A DNA stretch of 64,000 nt from the IMG/VR virus record IMGVR_UViG_3300032293_001310, positions 17,404-81,403 of that record. One strand, 5' to 3'. The position numbers were made by a program, and so were the translations under genes. Shown here piece by piece: positions 39,735-50,192 of the stretch (its first letter is position 1; the number at the start of each line of letters is the position of its first letter). Source of the stretch: a virus. A model generated the notes under the pieces. That model worked only from the letters and a program-made list of their open reading frames with translations. It had not been told where the DNA came from and did no database searches.

Positions 39735-41939
39735 ATGATTATCAACGAAGCCGTATCTTCTCCTGTTCTTAGCAATGTTCTTGCTGCGCCCAGCCGCTTC
39801 AAGATCAAGGCTAGTGCCAAGGCGTTCAAGATCCTCTCTGGATTCTATAGCGAGCCTATTCTTGCTATTCCGCGTGAACTTGGTGCTAATGCTTGGGATA
39901 GCCACGTAAAGGCTAGTAATACAAACAAGATGTTTGAGGTTCATGCTCCTAACACGCTGGAGCCTTGGTTTGCTATTCGTGATTATGGCACGGGGCTTAG
40001 TGCGGATGATATTGACTCTATCTATACTACCTACTTTGAGTCCACCAAGACTGGTGATAATGACAGCGATGGTTGCATGGGACTGGGCAGCAAGACTCCC
40101 TTCAACTATACCGACAACTTCAATGTTGTTTCTTGGCATAAGGGCAAGAAGCATGTATATAACTGCTTTATTGATGAAACTGGCTCGCCCAACATCATGC
40201 ACATTTCTACTCAAGACAGCAATGAGCATAGCGGTCTTGAAGTCAAGTTCTCTGTAAAGATTGCCGACATCAATATGTGGCACACCAATATTCAGCGTGC
40301 ATATAGCGTCTTTCGCTATCGCCCTGTTATTGTTGGTGCTAATATCCAGTATACTGAGCACCAGTATATTATTCGCAATAACTATTGGGCACTTAGAAAG
40401 GTTGATCGTGGCTATAGTTACGGAAATCCGTGTAATGCTTATATGGGTAACTATTCTTATCCCATCAGTGCAGATGTTATCACCCGAGCCGCGTCTAATA
40501 GTAATCTGATTTCGTCTGCTGTTGCAAGGCGTATGCTCGACACTGGTGCCATTGATTTGTATTTTGATATTGGTGAACTGGAGGTTGCTCCCAACAAGGA
40601 ACAACTTCAGTATGATGACACTAATAGCAAGACCGCTAATGCTATTCTGCACGCACTTCGTCGTATGTTTGTCGAAATGTCGGAGTATGTAAAAAAGAAT
40701 ATGGAAGTCCCCGTTTCTTTTTGGGATGCTATGTGTACTTATAACAAGTACAATTCGCACACCAGCGAGCATAAAGTTTTGACCAATATTCTTGGCGACA
40801 TTGAAGTTTCTTATAACGGAAATTCTGTAAATTCTAGCAACGATAACGCTCGTAGAATTATCAATAATGCTTTCAAGAACGACGATGCATCTAAAAATTT
40901 CAAGATGTATAGTGTAAATTATACAAAGTCGGCTATTTGGAAGGTTGTTAGCGATGCGAATACAATCGCATTGTCTGGTAGGAAGTTGTATGTATTTCAT
41001 ACCACAAAGAATATATTCAACAAGTCCAAGGTCTTGGATTATCTCAACAAACTTGACGATGATACCAAGAAGAACTGCACGGTGTTTGCTATTGTTGATA
41101 ATACTGCTGGCAAGAAGGTATATTCCACTTTGGTCAGTTATTTTGGATGGGACAAGACGCCATATGCGACGTTGGTCGATATTGATGCTATGCCGCGTGT
41201 TGTTGCTGCTCGCAAGGCCATTACAACTGCCCGCACCGATGAAGTTCATATTGCCAACATTTCTCGCGCCTCTAAGACAAATAGAGTGAATGTTTCTTGG
41301 AGCCGTACCGCGCATGATTTTGATCCCAACAATACTTACTATTATTTCAATTTTCATTACAATACTCCCAGCATTGTAAATAATGGTGGTGAGCCGCAGG
41401 ACATTTCTATACACGTTGATGAACTTGTAGATATTCTAATCCAGAACAATGTGAATCTGGGAACCCATATCTATGGAATCAACGTCAAGAACAAGCATAT
41501 GCTTTCTGTTGGTACGTGGATCAATATCGTTGATGCCGCTAAGAGTGTTGTGGCCAATGATATTGCTACATACGAGCATAAGCGTTATTTGAACGGAGAG
41601 ATGGAAAGTTATCAAGTACTCCAGAATTTACACGCAAAACTGTCCGCACATCCATCAATCATTCAAAATATCAAGAATGAAAAAACTCGTGATATGCTTA
41701 TGACGTTTGTTCGTACATATACCAATCTTCATAAGATGTATAATACATCGCCTTCCCCATCATTTCTTCATTTCCTCGGAGTCAAGAAAAAGCAGCACGC
41801 TGCTATGCCAATGAATCTTGAAGAGTTCAAGACTGTCATCAATGACAAGTATTTCAATATCCTTGATGCTATTCCGGCTTATTCTAACCAAATCGCGACT
41901 TTATATAATATCATCAACTTTATTGATGAAAAGTCATAA
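39735..41939 (+). CDS. rIIA: RIIA-like protein (GHKL ATPase N-terminus)
   Basis: KAFKILS..YS....RELGANAWDSH, IRDYGTGLS, YFESTK, MGLGSKTPF. Confidence 0.88.
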   Translation: MIINEAVSSPVLSNVLAAPSRFKIKASAKAFKILSGFYSEPILAIPRELGANAWDSHVKASNTNKMFEVHAPNTLEPWFAIRDYGTGLSADDIDSIYTTYFESTKTGDNDSDGCMGLGSKTPFNYTDNFNVVSWHKGKKHVYNCFIDETGSPNIMHISTQDSNEHSGLEVKFSVKIADINMWHTNIQRAYSVFRYRPVIVGANIQYTEHQYIIRNNYWALRKVDRGYSYGNPCNAYMGNYSYPISADVITRAASNSNLISSAVARRMLDTGAIDLYFDIGELEVAPNKEQLQYDDTNSKTANAILHALRRMFVEMSEYVKKNMEVPVSFWDAMCTYNKYNSHTSEHKVLTNILGDIEVSYNGNSVNSSNDNARRIINNAFKNDDASKNFKMYSVNYTKSAIWKVVSDANTIALSGRKLYVFHTTKNIFNKSKVLDYLNKLDDDTKKNCTVFAIVDNTAGKKVYSTLVSYFGWDKTPYATLVDIDAMPRVVAARKAITTARTDEVHIANISRASKTNRVNVSWSRTAHDFDPNNTYYYFNFHYNTPSIVNNGGEPQDISIHVDELVDILIQNNVNLGTHIYGINVKNKHMLSVGTWINIVDAAKSVVANDIATYEHKRYLNGEMESYQVLQNLHAKLSAHPSIIQNIKNEKTRDMLMTFVRTYTNLHKMYNTSPSPSFLHFLGVKKKQHAAMPMNLEEFKTVINDKYFNILDAIPAYSNQIATLYNIINFIDEKS

Positions 41940-41998
41940 TATCTATTGACAAAATAATAAAATCCACATAATATAATATCCGTTAAATAAAAACTATC

Positions 41999-43042
41999 AT
42001 GAGTACTACTACCAATACTACTATTCCATATGTCATCAAGACAAATGGCTCCGTGACACTTTATCTAAACAATGAGTGTCTGACCGTTGCTACTGACCAT
42101 CCCAACTATAATAAGATCATTGAGAGCATCAAGGCTGGTGATTTTTCTAATATTGATAATCTTGTCAATATTGCCAAGGCTATAGTTTCTTTTACTTATG
42201 GCCAATCCGTCTCGGTGGTGAATGGCGAGATTTTCTATAATGGCTTTGCTATTCATAATACACTTACCACTCGCATCCTCAAGATGATGACAGATGGGTT
42301 TAAGTTTGACCATATGGTCAAGTTCCTTGACAACCTGATGCAAAATCCCAGCAAGCGTGCGGTGGATGAAACATACTGGTTCCTTGAGAACTATGGTCTG
42401 CCTATCACCGACGATGGTTGCTTCCTTGCCTATAAGGCGGTTCGTAATAACTACACAGATATTTATAGCGGCAAGTTCAACAATGGCATTGGTGCTGTTG
42501 TGTCTATGCCTCGTAATATGGTGGACGACAACTATGGTTTGGATTGTAGCAATGGTCTGCACGTTGGTGCTCTTGACTATGTTGTTCAGTATGGACACTT
42601 CAAGAAGGGCGAGGCTCCTGTTGCTGGTGGTAATCGCCTGCTTATCGTCAAGGTTAATCCCAAGGACGTAGTCAGCGTTCCTAAGTACGAGGGCCATACC
42701 AAGATGCGTGTGTGTGAATACACTGTCGTGTCGGAAATCAACGACGTAATCAAAGAACTGGACAAGGTTGTTTATACCAGCAAGGCTGAAGAAATCCAGC
42801 CCGACAATGATCATGACTATGATGAAGATTACAGCGATTCTAACGATGACCTGTGCGACAATAGTGCGTGCAGTTGCTCTTCTGAGCAGAATGATTGCGA
42901 CATTGTTGAGCAAGAGTATATTGCTGGAACCAACGACGGAAAGAATGATCGTTCTGCTGGTCTTGACTATGGCACAAATATGCGTTCTGAATCCAGCATG
43001 GATTATCACAACGGATATTTTGACGAGTATTATATGAGATAA
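41999..43042 (+). CDS. rIIB: RIIB-like protein
   Basis: LPITDDGCFLAYKAVR, CSNGLHVG, VKVNPKDVVSVP, KMRVCEY; adjacent to rIIA. Confidence 0.88.
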   Translation: MSTTTNTTIPYVIKTNGSVTLYLNNECLTVATDHPNYNKIIESIKAGDFSNIDNLVNIAKAIVSFTYGQSVSVVNGEIFYNGFAIHNTLTTRILKMMTDGFKFDHMVKFLDNLMQNPSKRAVDETYWFLENYGLPITDDGCFLAYKAVRNNYTDIYSGKFNNGIGAVVSMPRNMVDDNYGLDCSNGLHVGALDYVVQYGHFKKGEAPVAGGNRLLIVKVNPKDVVSVPKYEGHTKMRVCEYTVVSEINDVIKELDKVVYTSKAEEIQPDNDHDYDEDYSDSNDDLCDNSACSCSSEQNDCDIVEQEYIAGTNDGKNDRSAGLDYGTNMRSESSMDYHNGYFDEYYMR

Positions 43043-43104
43043 AATTTGGTAAGGTAAACTAACTAAAAACAAATAACATAATTAACAATTAACATATTAA
43101 ACTT

Positions 43105-43467
43105 ATGTCTAATAAAAAGAAGAATACAATAAACATCGAGTGGCCCACAAATCGCCACTTTACTATCGACGACATCCAGAACATGTATCCGGATGCTGTG
43201 AACATCACTCTTCGTTTCAGAGTGAACAAGGCGGTTGAAAGCAAGCAGATCGTTGCTATCGGCAAGATTAAACCTGCTATTGGTCGTCCTAAGATGGTGT
43301 TTGCTTCGGCAAATCCTTCTAAGGAAGTCCTTGATGCCGCCAAGACTGCTGGCGTCATCTTCAACGACGAACCCAAGGCTGCTATTACTGTTGCCGAGGT
43401 CAAGTCCGAAAAGAAGGCTAAGGCCACCCCAGCCTCTGTGCCTGCGGTTAATGTTGCCGCTAGTTAA
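43105..43467 (+). CDS. Putative winged-helix DNA-binding protein
   Basis: FTIDDI...TLRFRVNKAVE..QIVAIG...GRPKMVF pattern. Confidence 0.55.
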   Translation: MSNKKKNTINIEWPTNRHFTIDDIQNMYPDAVNITLRFRVNKAVESKQIVAIGKIKPAIGRPKMVFASANPSKEVLDAAKTAGVIFNDEPKAAITVAEVKSEKKAKATPASVPAVNVAAS

Positions 43468-43491
43468 TAAATAACAAAGGTTATATGCGAG

Positions 43492-43523
43492 AACCGTTGA
43501 GGCAAAAAACCTCAACGGTTTTC
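43492..43523 (+). terminator. Intrinsic terminator
   Basis: AACCGTTGAGG/CCTCAACGGTT 11-bp stem followed by T-rich sequence. Confidence 0.75.
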
Positions 43524-43575
43524 TATTTATATGTACAAAAGACTGGTCAAAGGTAATTTTGATCTTTAATATAGG

Positions 43576-43788
43576 TTGTATATGATAGACGCAATAACAG
43601 AAATAATTAAATCTTGGCACGGTGCTTGGCAGTTTGTGTTCTTATTCGGCACAGCATTCTTGTTTATGGTAGTGAATGTATCGCTGATAGATGCTATATC
43701 TACGTTTTTTAATAATACATTACCAATACTGTTGAGAGGATATCCTCCTTCACATATGAAAAAGGACACAGAGAAAGACGATGACTAA
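43576..43788 (+). CDS. Small membrane protein
   Basis: One hydrophobic segment; true start is probably the ATG at 43582. Confidence 0.55.
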   Translation: MYMIDAITEIIKSWHGAWQFVFLFGTAFLFMVVNVSLIDAISTFFNNTLPILLRGYPPSHMKKDTEKDDD

Positions 43789-44029
43789 ACTCATCATAAA
43801 TTCCGGGAATGTATGTTTGGCTAAATATATAGATAAGCCTTATATTTCATCGTCGCCACTTATACAAGTGGAGGTAACGTGTGGAAGTTGTAATTTAACA
43901 TTTGCTACAAATAACTATATACCAGACAAAAACAGATATATATCAAATTGTCCTCATTGCGGTAAATGGAATAGGCTAAATTTGTATACTATGGGGGTAA
44001 AAGAACGGCGTTTTTTGACTACCTTCTGA
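43781..44029 (+). CDS. Zinc-ribbon protein
   Basis: CGSC...CPHC. Confidence 0.55.
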   Translation: MTKLIINSGNVCLAKYIDKPYISSSPLIQVEVTCGSCNLTFATNNYIPDKNRYISNCPHCGKWNRLNLYTMGVKERRFLTTF

Positions 44030-44048
44030 TAGTTATAATAATACAAGA

Positions 44049-44816
44049 ATGAGCCTATTTATAAAAAGAAGCCCACCGGCTGACGGCAATCCTGACGGCA
44101 TTATATATGCTCCGCAAGGCGCGCTCTTTTTTAAGACTGGGTCTTTTTACAAAGTTAATTATTCTGGGTCAAACCACGGTGGCAGTTGGGAAAATGTATT
44201 TTTTCAACCAACCAAGTTATCTTTTATATTACAAACGATTAGAGATATAAGTTTATTAAACAAACCTTTGTCCGGACCATATTTGTATATAAAGACGACC
44301 GGAAATATATCTAATACGGGATGGAAATATTTGGGAAACCGAAATCCATTTATCCCGCTTCCAACTCCAACTCCATCAGTAACTCGGACGGTGACTCCAA
44401 CAATTACTCCAACACCAACGATCACTCCGACAATTACTCCAACACCAACCACAAGTGTAACGGTTACCCCGACTATTACACCCACAAGAACTTTAACCAA
44501 AACTCCAACTCCCACTAAGACGCCAACTAAGACGCCAACCAAGACGCCAACTTCAACTCCTACCAGAACACCCGACGGGTATATTACACCGACTCCTACC
44601 AGAACTCCGGATGGCTACATCACTCCGACACCAACTAACAGTATTACGCCAACAATTACACCGACACTCTCGTCCACTCCAACAAAGACGCCAACGGCGA
44701 CACCGACAAAAACACCGACCATAACGCCTACAAAAACACCAACAGTGACGCCAACAGTGACGCCAACAGTGACGACAACGATGACACCGACAGAAAGTCC
44801 TCCATATAGTATTTAA
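44049..44816 (+). CDS. Thr/Pro-repeat (mucin-like) protein
   Basis: About 150 C-terminal residues of [11 protein letters not shown] repeats; N-terminal '[13 protein letters not shown]...YIKTTG...TGW' segment resembles fibre-protein motifs. Confidence 0.75.
   Translation: MSLFIKRSPPADGNPDGIIYAPQGALFFKTGSFYKVNYSGSNHGGSWENVFFQPTKLSFILQTIRDISLLNKPLSGPYLYIKTTGNISNTGWKYLGNRNPFIPLPTPTPSVTRTVTPTITPTPTITPTITPTPTTSVTVTPTITPTRTLTKTPTPTKTPTKTPTKTPTSTPTRTPDGYITPTPTRTPDGYITPTPTNSITPTITPTLSSTPTKTPTATPTKTPTITPTKTPTVTPTVTPTVTTTMTPTESPPYSI
44360..44800 (+). repeat. Coding tandem repeats (12-bp ACGCCAACNNNG-type units and a 33-bp duplication encoding [11 protein letters not shown])
   Basis: Visible imperfect tandem repeats within the Thr/Pro gene. 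Confidence 0.8.
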
Positions 44817-44817
44817 T

Positions 44818-45579
44818 ATGTTTAAATGGTTACATAATGTTATAAAAAAAAGATACGAGGTATCAATCGTAATTCCTACCTACAAAAATACAAAATTTTT
44901 GGAGGAATGTGTTAGGTCTGTGATCAAGTCTGCTAAAAAATGCAGCAATTTTGAGATATTACTCGGCATAGACAGTTGTAGAGAGACATTAAATTTTGTA
45001 TCCAACAATAGGTTGTTTCTTCATAAAAACATAAAAGTACTATTTTTTTCAAAGAATTTGGGTCCATATATAATAAGAAATACATTAACAACAATGTCGT
45101 CGTATGAAAATATATTATTCTTCGATTCAGACGACGTGATGATGGAAAATACAATAGAAACTTTACTTGAAAAATTTCAAGATAAAGATATTTTAAAATG
45201 TAAGTTTTATAATTTTTATGACGGAAAAGACTATAAAAATATTGAAAACCTTGAAATATCAAGTATGTTTTCTCACGGCGCGTTTTTGATAAATAAAAAT
45301 AAATTTTTGGAAATGAACGGGTTTTTTGGTTGGAAGTTTGGGGCAGACGCGGAGTTCGAAGAGCGATGCATTGGAAACAACCATCCAGTTCTAAGATTAG
45401 AAATTCCATTGTATTATAGAAGATATCATAACCACAATTTAACTAGGAGACCGGACACGGGAATTGGTTCTAAACTGAGAAATAAATATAGTAAAATTAT
45501 TTTGGAACGACGAGAATTTAAAAACTGGACAAACCCGAAAATTATGGATACATTTAATGCTATTCGTATAATACTATGA
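44818..45579 (+). CDS. Glycosyltransferase family 2
   Basis: VSIVIPTY, GPYIIRN, FFDSDD, GADAEF, YYRRYH. Confidence 0.88.
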   Translation: MFKWLHNVIKKRYEVSIVIPTYKNTKFLEECVRSVIKSAKKCSNFEILLGIDSCRETLNFVSNNRLFLHKNIKVLFFSKNLGPYIIRNTLTTMSSYENILFFDSDDVMMENTIETLLEKFQDKDILKCKFYNFYDGKDYKNIENLEISSMFSHGAFLINKNKFLEMNGFFGWKFGADAEFEERCIGNNHPVLRLEIPLYYRRYHNHNLTRRPDTGIGSKLRNKYSKIILERREFKNWTNPKIMDTFNAIRIIL

Positions 45580-46421
45580 ACGAGTGCGATTTAAACGAAG
45601 ATATTCATCAATATCCAATTCGGCCTTCCGAAAATACATTTAATTGCCATGGAAATAGAGAACAACTCTACGAAGCAGAAGTATTGAAAACAGTTGTACC
45701 CGAAATTGTAGTATATACTTGTATATCCGGCGATTATGATGAATTAAGAGAAGTATCACGTCCGGAAAAAGATATAAAATACGTCTGTTTTACAGATCAA
45801 AAAATAGAAAGCAAAACTTGGAAAGTTTGTCCAATACCTAAATTTCTAAATTCACTCGAACCCACAAAGATTGCAAGATGCATAAAAATACTTCCTCACT
45901 TATTTTTATCCGAATATAATATTTCCGTGTGGGTCGATGGAAATATTCAAGTCTTGGGAAATATAAAAGAATTGGTGAATAGCAATTTAAAAAATTATTT
46001 TGCCATACCAAAGCATCCCGACCGGATATGTTTATATCAAGAAGCCGAGACAGTAATTAAATTAAAAAAAGATACGGAATATAATGTAAACAAACAATTA
46101 CAGATATATAGAGATAAAAACTATCCAAAAAACAACGGAATGGTTCAAAGTAATATCATAATCAGAAAACATAATGATTCTCGCTGTATTAAAATTTGCA
46201 ATCTTTGGTGGAATGAAGTGCGACAGTTTTCCAGAAGAGATCAATTGTCATTCAACTATGTAATATGGAAAAAAAATGTCATCATAGATATAATGAATCC
46301 AAATTTGGTAGTGAGCAAACACTTACAGATATGGAAACATATTTCTAAGGGAAATCAAAAGTCTTATTTAAGAAAAGGGTATGGTGATTTAAAAAATTAT
46401 ATAAACGGAACTGAAGTATGA
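45576..46421 (+). CDS. DUF616-type glycosyltransferase
   Basis: VVYTCISGDYD, YVCFTD, KILPH, WVDGN, HPDR.C.YQEA, RDQLSFNY. Confidence 0.85.
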   Translation: MNECDLNEDIHQYPIRPSENTFNCHGNREQLYEAEVLKTVVPEIVVYTCISGDYDELREVSRPEKDIKYVCFTDQKIESKTWKVCPIPKFLNSLEPTKIARCIKILPHLFLSEYNISVWVDGNIQVLGNIKELVNSNLKNYFAIPKHPDRICLYQEAETVIKLKKDTEYNVNKQLQIYRDKNYPKNNGMVQSNIIIRKHNDSRCIKICNLWWNEVRQFSRRDQLSFNYVIWKKNVIIDIMNPNLVVSKHLQIWKHISKGNQKSYLRKGYGDLKNYINGTEV

Positions 46422-46981
46422 TATATTATTGCATACCATATAGTATAGAAAAAAATTTGGCAAAAGCGTATAATGAATTTGTTAATTTATTACCATCCGA
46501 CGACGACTATGCCTGTTTTGTTGATGGTGATACTATATTTACAACTTCCGATTATGGGCATACGATAGATAGTGCCGTGAGAGCATATCCGGACATCGGA
46601 TGTTTTACATGTTATACGAACCGAGTTTGCAATAAAGTTCAAGTGGTGGAAGGTATAGACTATGATTCCAATGATATATTTTATCATAGAAACGTGGGAA
46701 ATATCCTCCAAACAATATTTGGTTCTACTTGCGTCGATATAACAATCCCACCGGAAGAAACAAAAACTCCAATGTATATTAGTGGAGTGATGATAATGAT
46801 AAAAAAATCTCTTTGGAAAAAAATTGGTGGATTTAAGGATTTAAATGCAATGTTAGGTGTTGACAACATGCTACATAAAGACATAATTGCGGCAAATGAA
46901 AAAATATACTTGATGAAAGGTGTATACTTATATCACTGGTATAGATGGCCGGATAAAAAAAATATTTCACACTTATTATGA
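46418..46981 (+). CDS. GT-A fold glycosyltransferase-like protein
   Basis: AYN, CFVDGD, W..IGGF, GVD, YLYHWYR. Confidence 0.7.
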   Translation: MIYYCIPYSIEKNLAKAYNEFVNLLPSDDDYACFVDGDTIFTTSDYGHTIDSAVRAYPDIGCFTCYTNRVCNKVQVVEGIDYDSNDIFYHRNVGNILQTIFGSTCVDITIPPEETKTPMYISGVMIMIKKSLWKKIGGFKDLNAMLGVDNMLHKDIIAANEKIYLMKGVYLYHWYRWPDKKNISHLL

Positions 46982-47580
46982 AATACTATAAATTTTTAGA
47001 TGTGGGGTGTAAATTGGGCGGATCTTTTTTTTCTATCTCCAAGAAATACAAATATTTACCTAAAGAAGGTATCGGTATTGATACAAATCCGCGACACATT
47101 TCCGAATTTATCAAAAGCGGAAATCACGCTATAGTTGCCAGTGCGGATGATATACCATTCAAAGATAATTCGTTTGAATTGGTTATTTTTAATCATGTAC
47201 TAGAGCATATGCCGGATGAGGAAACTGGGTTAAAGGCGTTGACGGAATGTGTTCGAGTATCTTCAAAGACAGTTTTTATTGGTCTTCCATTCTTTGATGA
47301 AGATGAATATTTGAAGAGTTTAAAATTAAAGACTTTTTATTCCGATTGGTCTGGCCACAAAAATAAAATTCACTTAAAAAAAATTCTAGAGTTTTTAAAA
47401 GATAGCGAAGTGGACGTAGTTATGAGAAAAAAAATTAAAAACAGCTTCGCCGAAGAAATTTTGCCAATAAATGCACCAAAAAATTCAAAAGAATACAATC
47501 ACGATCTGCACGGAATTAAAGACTATATAGAGTTCGATAGAGATATATGGAGAGAATATCAGATTATTATAAAAAAATAA
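46978..47580 (+). CDS. Class I SAM-dependent methyltransferase
   Basis: LDVGC, GID, IPFKDNSFELV..NHVLEHM. Confidence 0.85.
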   Translation: MKYYKFLDVGCKLGGSFFSISKKYKYLPKEGIGIDTNPRHISEFIKSGNHAIVASADDIPFKDNSFELVIFNHVLEHMPDEETGLKALTECVRVSSKTVFIGLPFFDEDEYLKSLKLKTFYSDWSGHKNKIHLKKILEFLKDSEVDVVMRKKIKNSFAEEILPINAPKNSKEYNHDLHGIKDYIEFDRDIWREYQIIIKK

Positions 47581-47592
47581 CTCATAAATATA

Positions 47593-48378
47593 ATGGAAAT
47601 AAATACCACGACAAAAGATATCGTTGGCATTGCGATGGCAAAATTAAAAAATGGAGAACCAATGTCGCATCTTCGCTGCGGCGACGGTGAGATTGCCATA
47701 ATGAACCCAAATAAATTTCCGAGCGAGTTTGAAATGTTTTCAAAACGTCATTTAGGATACAAAATAGATCTGGATATTGGTCGTGAAATAAAAAAATTGA
47801 TAGAATTTGGAATAATTAATTCTGATATATTAGGGCTACCCGATTTTAGGCACTCCGAGCACCCCAGCAATAAACTATGGAAGCTTATAGGTGAAGAATA
47901 TACAAGGGTGTTTGATTCGTACAAGATTGTAAAATCGGATAAAAAATATTGTTCTATACACAGTCATTATAATTTGTTAAAGAGTGGAGAGTTGGATGTT
48001 CTTATTAAGAGTGTAGATAAAATAACGCTGATAACGTGTAGAAATATAGAAAATGAATTTAAGCGAAGATTTGAAAATATTAGAACTGTCGAACTAATGC
48101 TAATTCCTCCTCAGCAGAAATATGAAATTGTTTCTAGAAAATCTGATTTTTTTCCAGATGTTCACGACAAAGTGGTTGATAGTATCAGGTCCAGTCCACG
48201 TAATGGGCAATTATGTTTATTCGGTTCTGGATTTTGCGGGAAAGACTTTGGTGCACATTTTAAGATAGCGGGAGGGGTTGCGATAGATGTTGGATCCGTC
48301 TTTGACTTATGGTGCGGGAAATTAACAAGAGGAAAAGGAAAAGGTAAGACGGCGAGAATAGAAGATTATGTTTTATAA
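47593..48378 (+). CDS. GT-D fold (DUF1792-like) glycosyltransferase
   Basis: SHLRCGDGE, LFGSGFCGK, AIDVGSVFD. Confidence 0.75.
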   Translation: MEINTTTKDIVGIAMAKLKNGEPMSHLRCGDGEIAIMNPNKFPSEFEMFSKRHLGYKIDLDIGREIKKLIEFGIINSDILGLPDFRHSEHPSNKLWKLIGEEYTRVFDSYKIVKSDKKYCSIHSHYNLLKSGELDVLIKSVDKITLITCRNIENEFKRRFENIRTVELMLIPPQQKYEIVSRKSDFFPDVHDKVVDSIRSSPRNGQLCLFGSGFCGKDFGAHFKIAGGVAIDVGSVFDLWCGKLTRGKGKGKTARIEDYVL

Positions 48379-48393
48379 AATAGTTATGAATAT

Positions 48394-49092
48394 ATGAAAA
48401 ATATTTATTTACCCGATTTGATTATAGGACGTGGTGAGATCGGAACTGCGTTGTTTAATATTTTAAAAAAAATATATAATGTAAAAATTATAGACATTGA
48501 AGCATCAAGTATAGACGAAGTACACATTCTTCATATTTGTTTTCCTTATACAAAAGATTTCATCAAGGAAGTAAAGCGATATAAGAAATTGTACAAACCA
48601 AAGTATGTTGTAATTCATTCCACGGTACCTGTCGGAACATCACAAAAATGCAAAGCACATTACTCCCCAGTTCGTGGAATACACCCACATCTTGAAAAGA
48701 GTCTACAAACATTTATAAAATATCTTGCTCCACATAACACTGAGTTAAAAACATATTTTGAAAAGGTAGGAATCGATATAGAGGAAACCGAAAAAACCCA
48801 AACATTGGAAGCAATGAAGTTATATTGCACGACCGTCTATGCTTTAAATGTTATTGCAGAGAAAGAAATATGGGAATTTTGCAAAAAACACGATCTAGAC
48901 TATAATATCGTATATACAGAATCTAATAAAACATACAACGAAGGATATGCCAAGTTGGGATTTCCTCAATATACTCGCTATATGCTTAAACACGCAGATG
49001 GTAAAATTGGTGGGCATTGTCTTATACCAAACTGCAAATTACTTAAAACGGATATGTCAAAGTTTATTCTTAAACAGAATGATAAACTATAA
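48394..49092 (+). CDS. UDP-glucose/GDP-mannose dehydrogenase family protein (short form)
   Basis: IIGRGEIG, IHSTVPVGT, SPVRG, E..KL, GGHCL catalytic Cys. Confidence 0.8.
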   Translation: MKNIYLPDLIIGRGEIGTALFNILKKIYNVKIIDIEASSIDEVHILHICFPYTKDFIKEVKRYKKLYKPKYVVIHSTVPVGTSQKCKAHYSPVRGIHPHLEKSLQTFIKYLAPHNTELKTYFEKVGIDIEETEKTQTLEAMKLYCTTVYALNVIAEKEIWEFCKKHDLDYNIVYTESNKTYNEGYAKLGFPQYTRYMLKHADGKIGGHCLIPNCKLLKTDMSKFILKQNDKL

Positions 49093-49107
49093 ATAATATT
49101 TCCTAAA

Positions 49108-50154
49108 ATGAAAGAAAAAAAATTAATAGTTCTTTATCGTACACCCGCAGACTATAGTGTAAGTAGTCCAATTAAATTCTTAATACAAGTTTTTAATAAT
49201 GAATATTATAAAAATTTATTGCTCAATAAATACAATATAAGCGTAATAACTACCGAAGACGTAGAAATTAAAATGAAAATGAGCAATAGGCAATTTGTCG
49301 AATACATTAATAAAAATGATGAATTTGCAAATGCAATTGCGTTTGGAATACATCCGACCGGATACAAAAAAATATTAGAAATATCAAAGTATAAAAATAT
49401 TAAAACTGTCGCGTGGCAGGACGAGTTGCACGTATTTGCTAATTATGCCAAAGAAAAAGATCCAAATACAAAAATCACAGAGTATTCGGAAAAATATACA
49501 TGTTCTATATTGGATACGTTGGATTATATAGTCACCCCCAATCCTATATATTTTAAAAACTTAAATATGACAGAATATATGGATAAGGTGATAGACGTGT
49601 TTTACTTTTTAAATCCAGATTGGTTTACTAGTTTACCGAACAAGCCATACGAATCCAGAAACAATCAAATTATTTTGTCTGGTAGTCTAGCGTCTGGGTA
49701 TAAATCTAGGCGCAGGATGAAACACCTGACAGAAATATCGGAAGAATTTAAACAGTTGATGTTTGTATTAAATCATCCTGGATATAAAACATTAGAACAC
49801 GATATAATTGGAACCAAGTATTATAAAAAATTAAGTGAATTTAAAGCTGCATTTGTTGGAAATCATAAATTTCCATTGAATTTCTGTTTTTCAAAACATA
49901 TAGAGTCTCTGATGTGTGGTTGTTTGGGGTTTTTTGATCCAAACCCGTTGTTGGAGTCTCAGTTGGGACTAAAAGAATATGTTCATTACGTACCCTGTTT
50001 TAAAGATGGCGTCCTTATTGAAGATCCTAATTTTTACATAGAATGGATCAAAAATGGAGAGGAAATTGCCAGAAACGGACAAAAGTTTGTGATGGAGAAC
50101 TTTGGCGAAAAACAGATACAAAAACTCTTTCAGTTTCTTGCCAGTATCAAATAA
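49108..50154 (+). CDS. Putative GT-B glycosyltransferase (CgeB/YkvP-like)
   Basis: HPGY, KHIESLMCGC, HYV, IARNGQKFV motifs. Confidence 0.6.
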   Translation: MKEKKLIVLYRTPADYSVSSPIKFLIQVFNNEYYKNLLLNKYNISVITTEDVEIKMKMSNRQFVEYINKNDEFANAIAFGIHPTGYKKILEISKYKNIKTVAWQDELHVFANYAKEKDPNTKITEYSEKYTCSILDTLDYIVTPNPIYFKNLNMTEYMDKVIDVFYFLNPDWFTSLPNKPYESRNNQIILSGSLASGYKSRRRMKHLTEISEEFKQLMFVLNHPGYKTLEHDIIGTKYYKKLSEFKAAFVGNHKFPLNFCFSKHIESLMCGCLGFFDPNPLLESQLGLKEYVHYVPCFKDGVLIEDPNFYIEWIKNGEEIARNGQKFVMENFGEKQIQKLFQFLASIK

Positions 50155-50158
50155 CCTA

Positions 50159-50186
50159 TTGACATATCCATATCCTGTGGTAGTAT
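50159..50186 (+). promoter_or_regulatory. Sigma70-like promoter, leaderless start
   Basis: TTGACA-N16-TAGTAT; ATG 7 nt downstream. Confidence 0.6.
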
Positions 50187-50192
50187 ATTGGT

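Noticed and set aside
39690-41414. 574-aa minus-strand ORF (also 36580-37521, 42065-43072 and 18908-19837)
   Set aside because: Antisense shadows of well-supported plus-strand genes, explained by codon bias; no motifs or expression signals
44360-44800. Repeat array as a possible CRISPR
   Set aside because: In-frame degenerate Thr/Pro coding repeats with no repeat-spacer structure; no cas genes in the window
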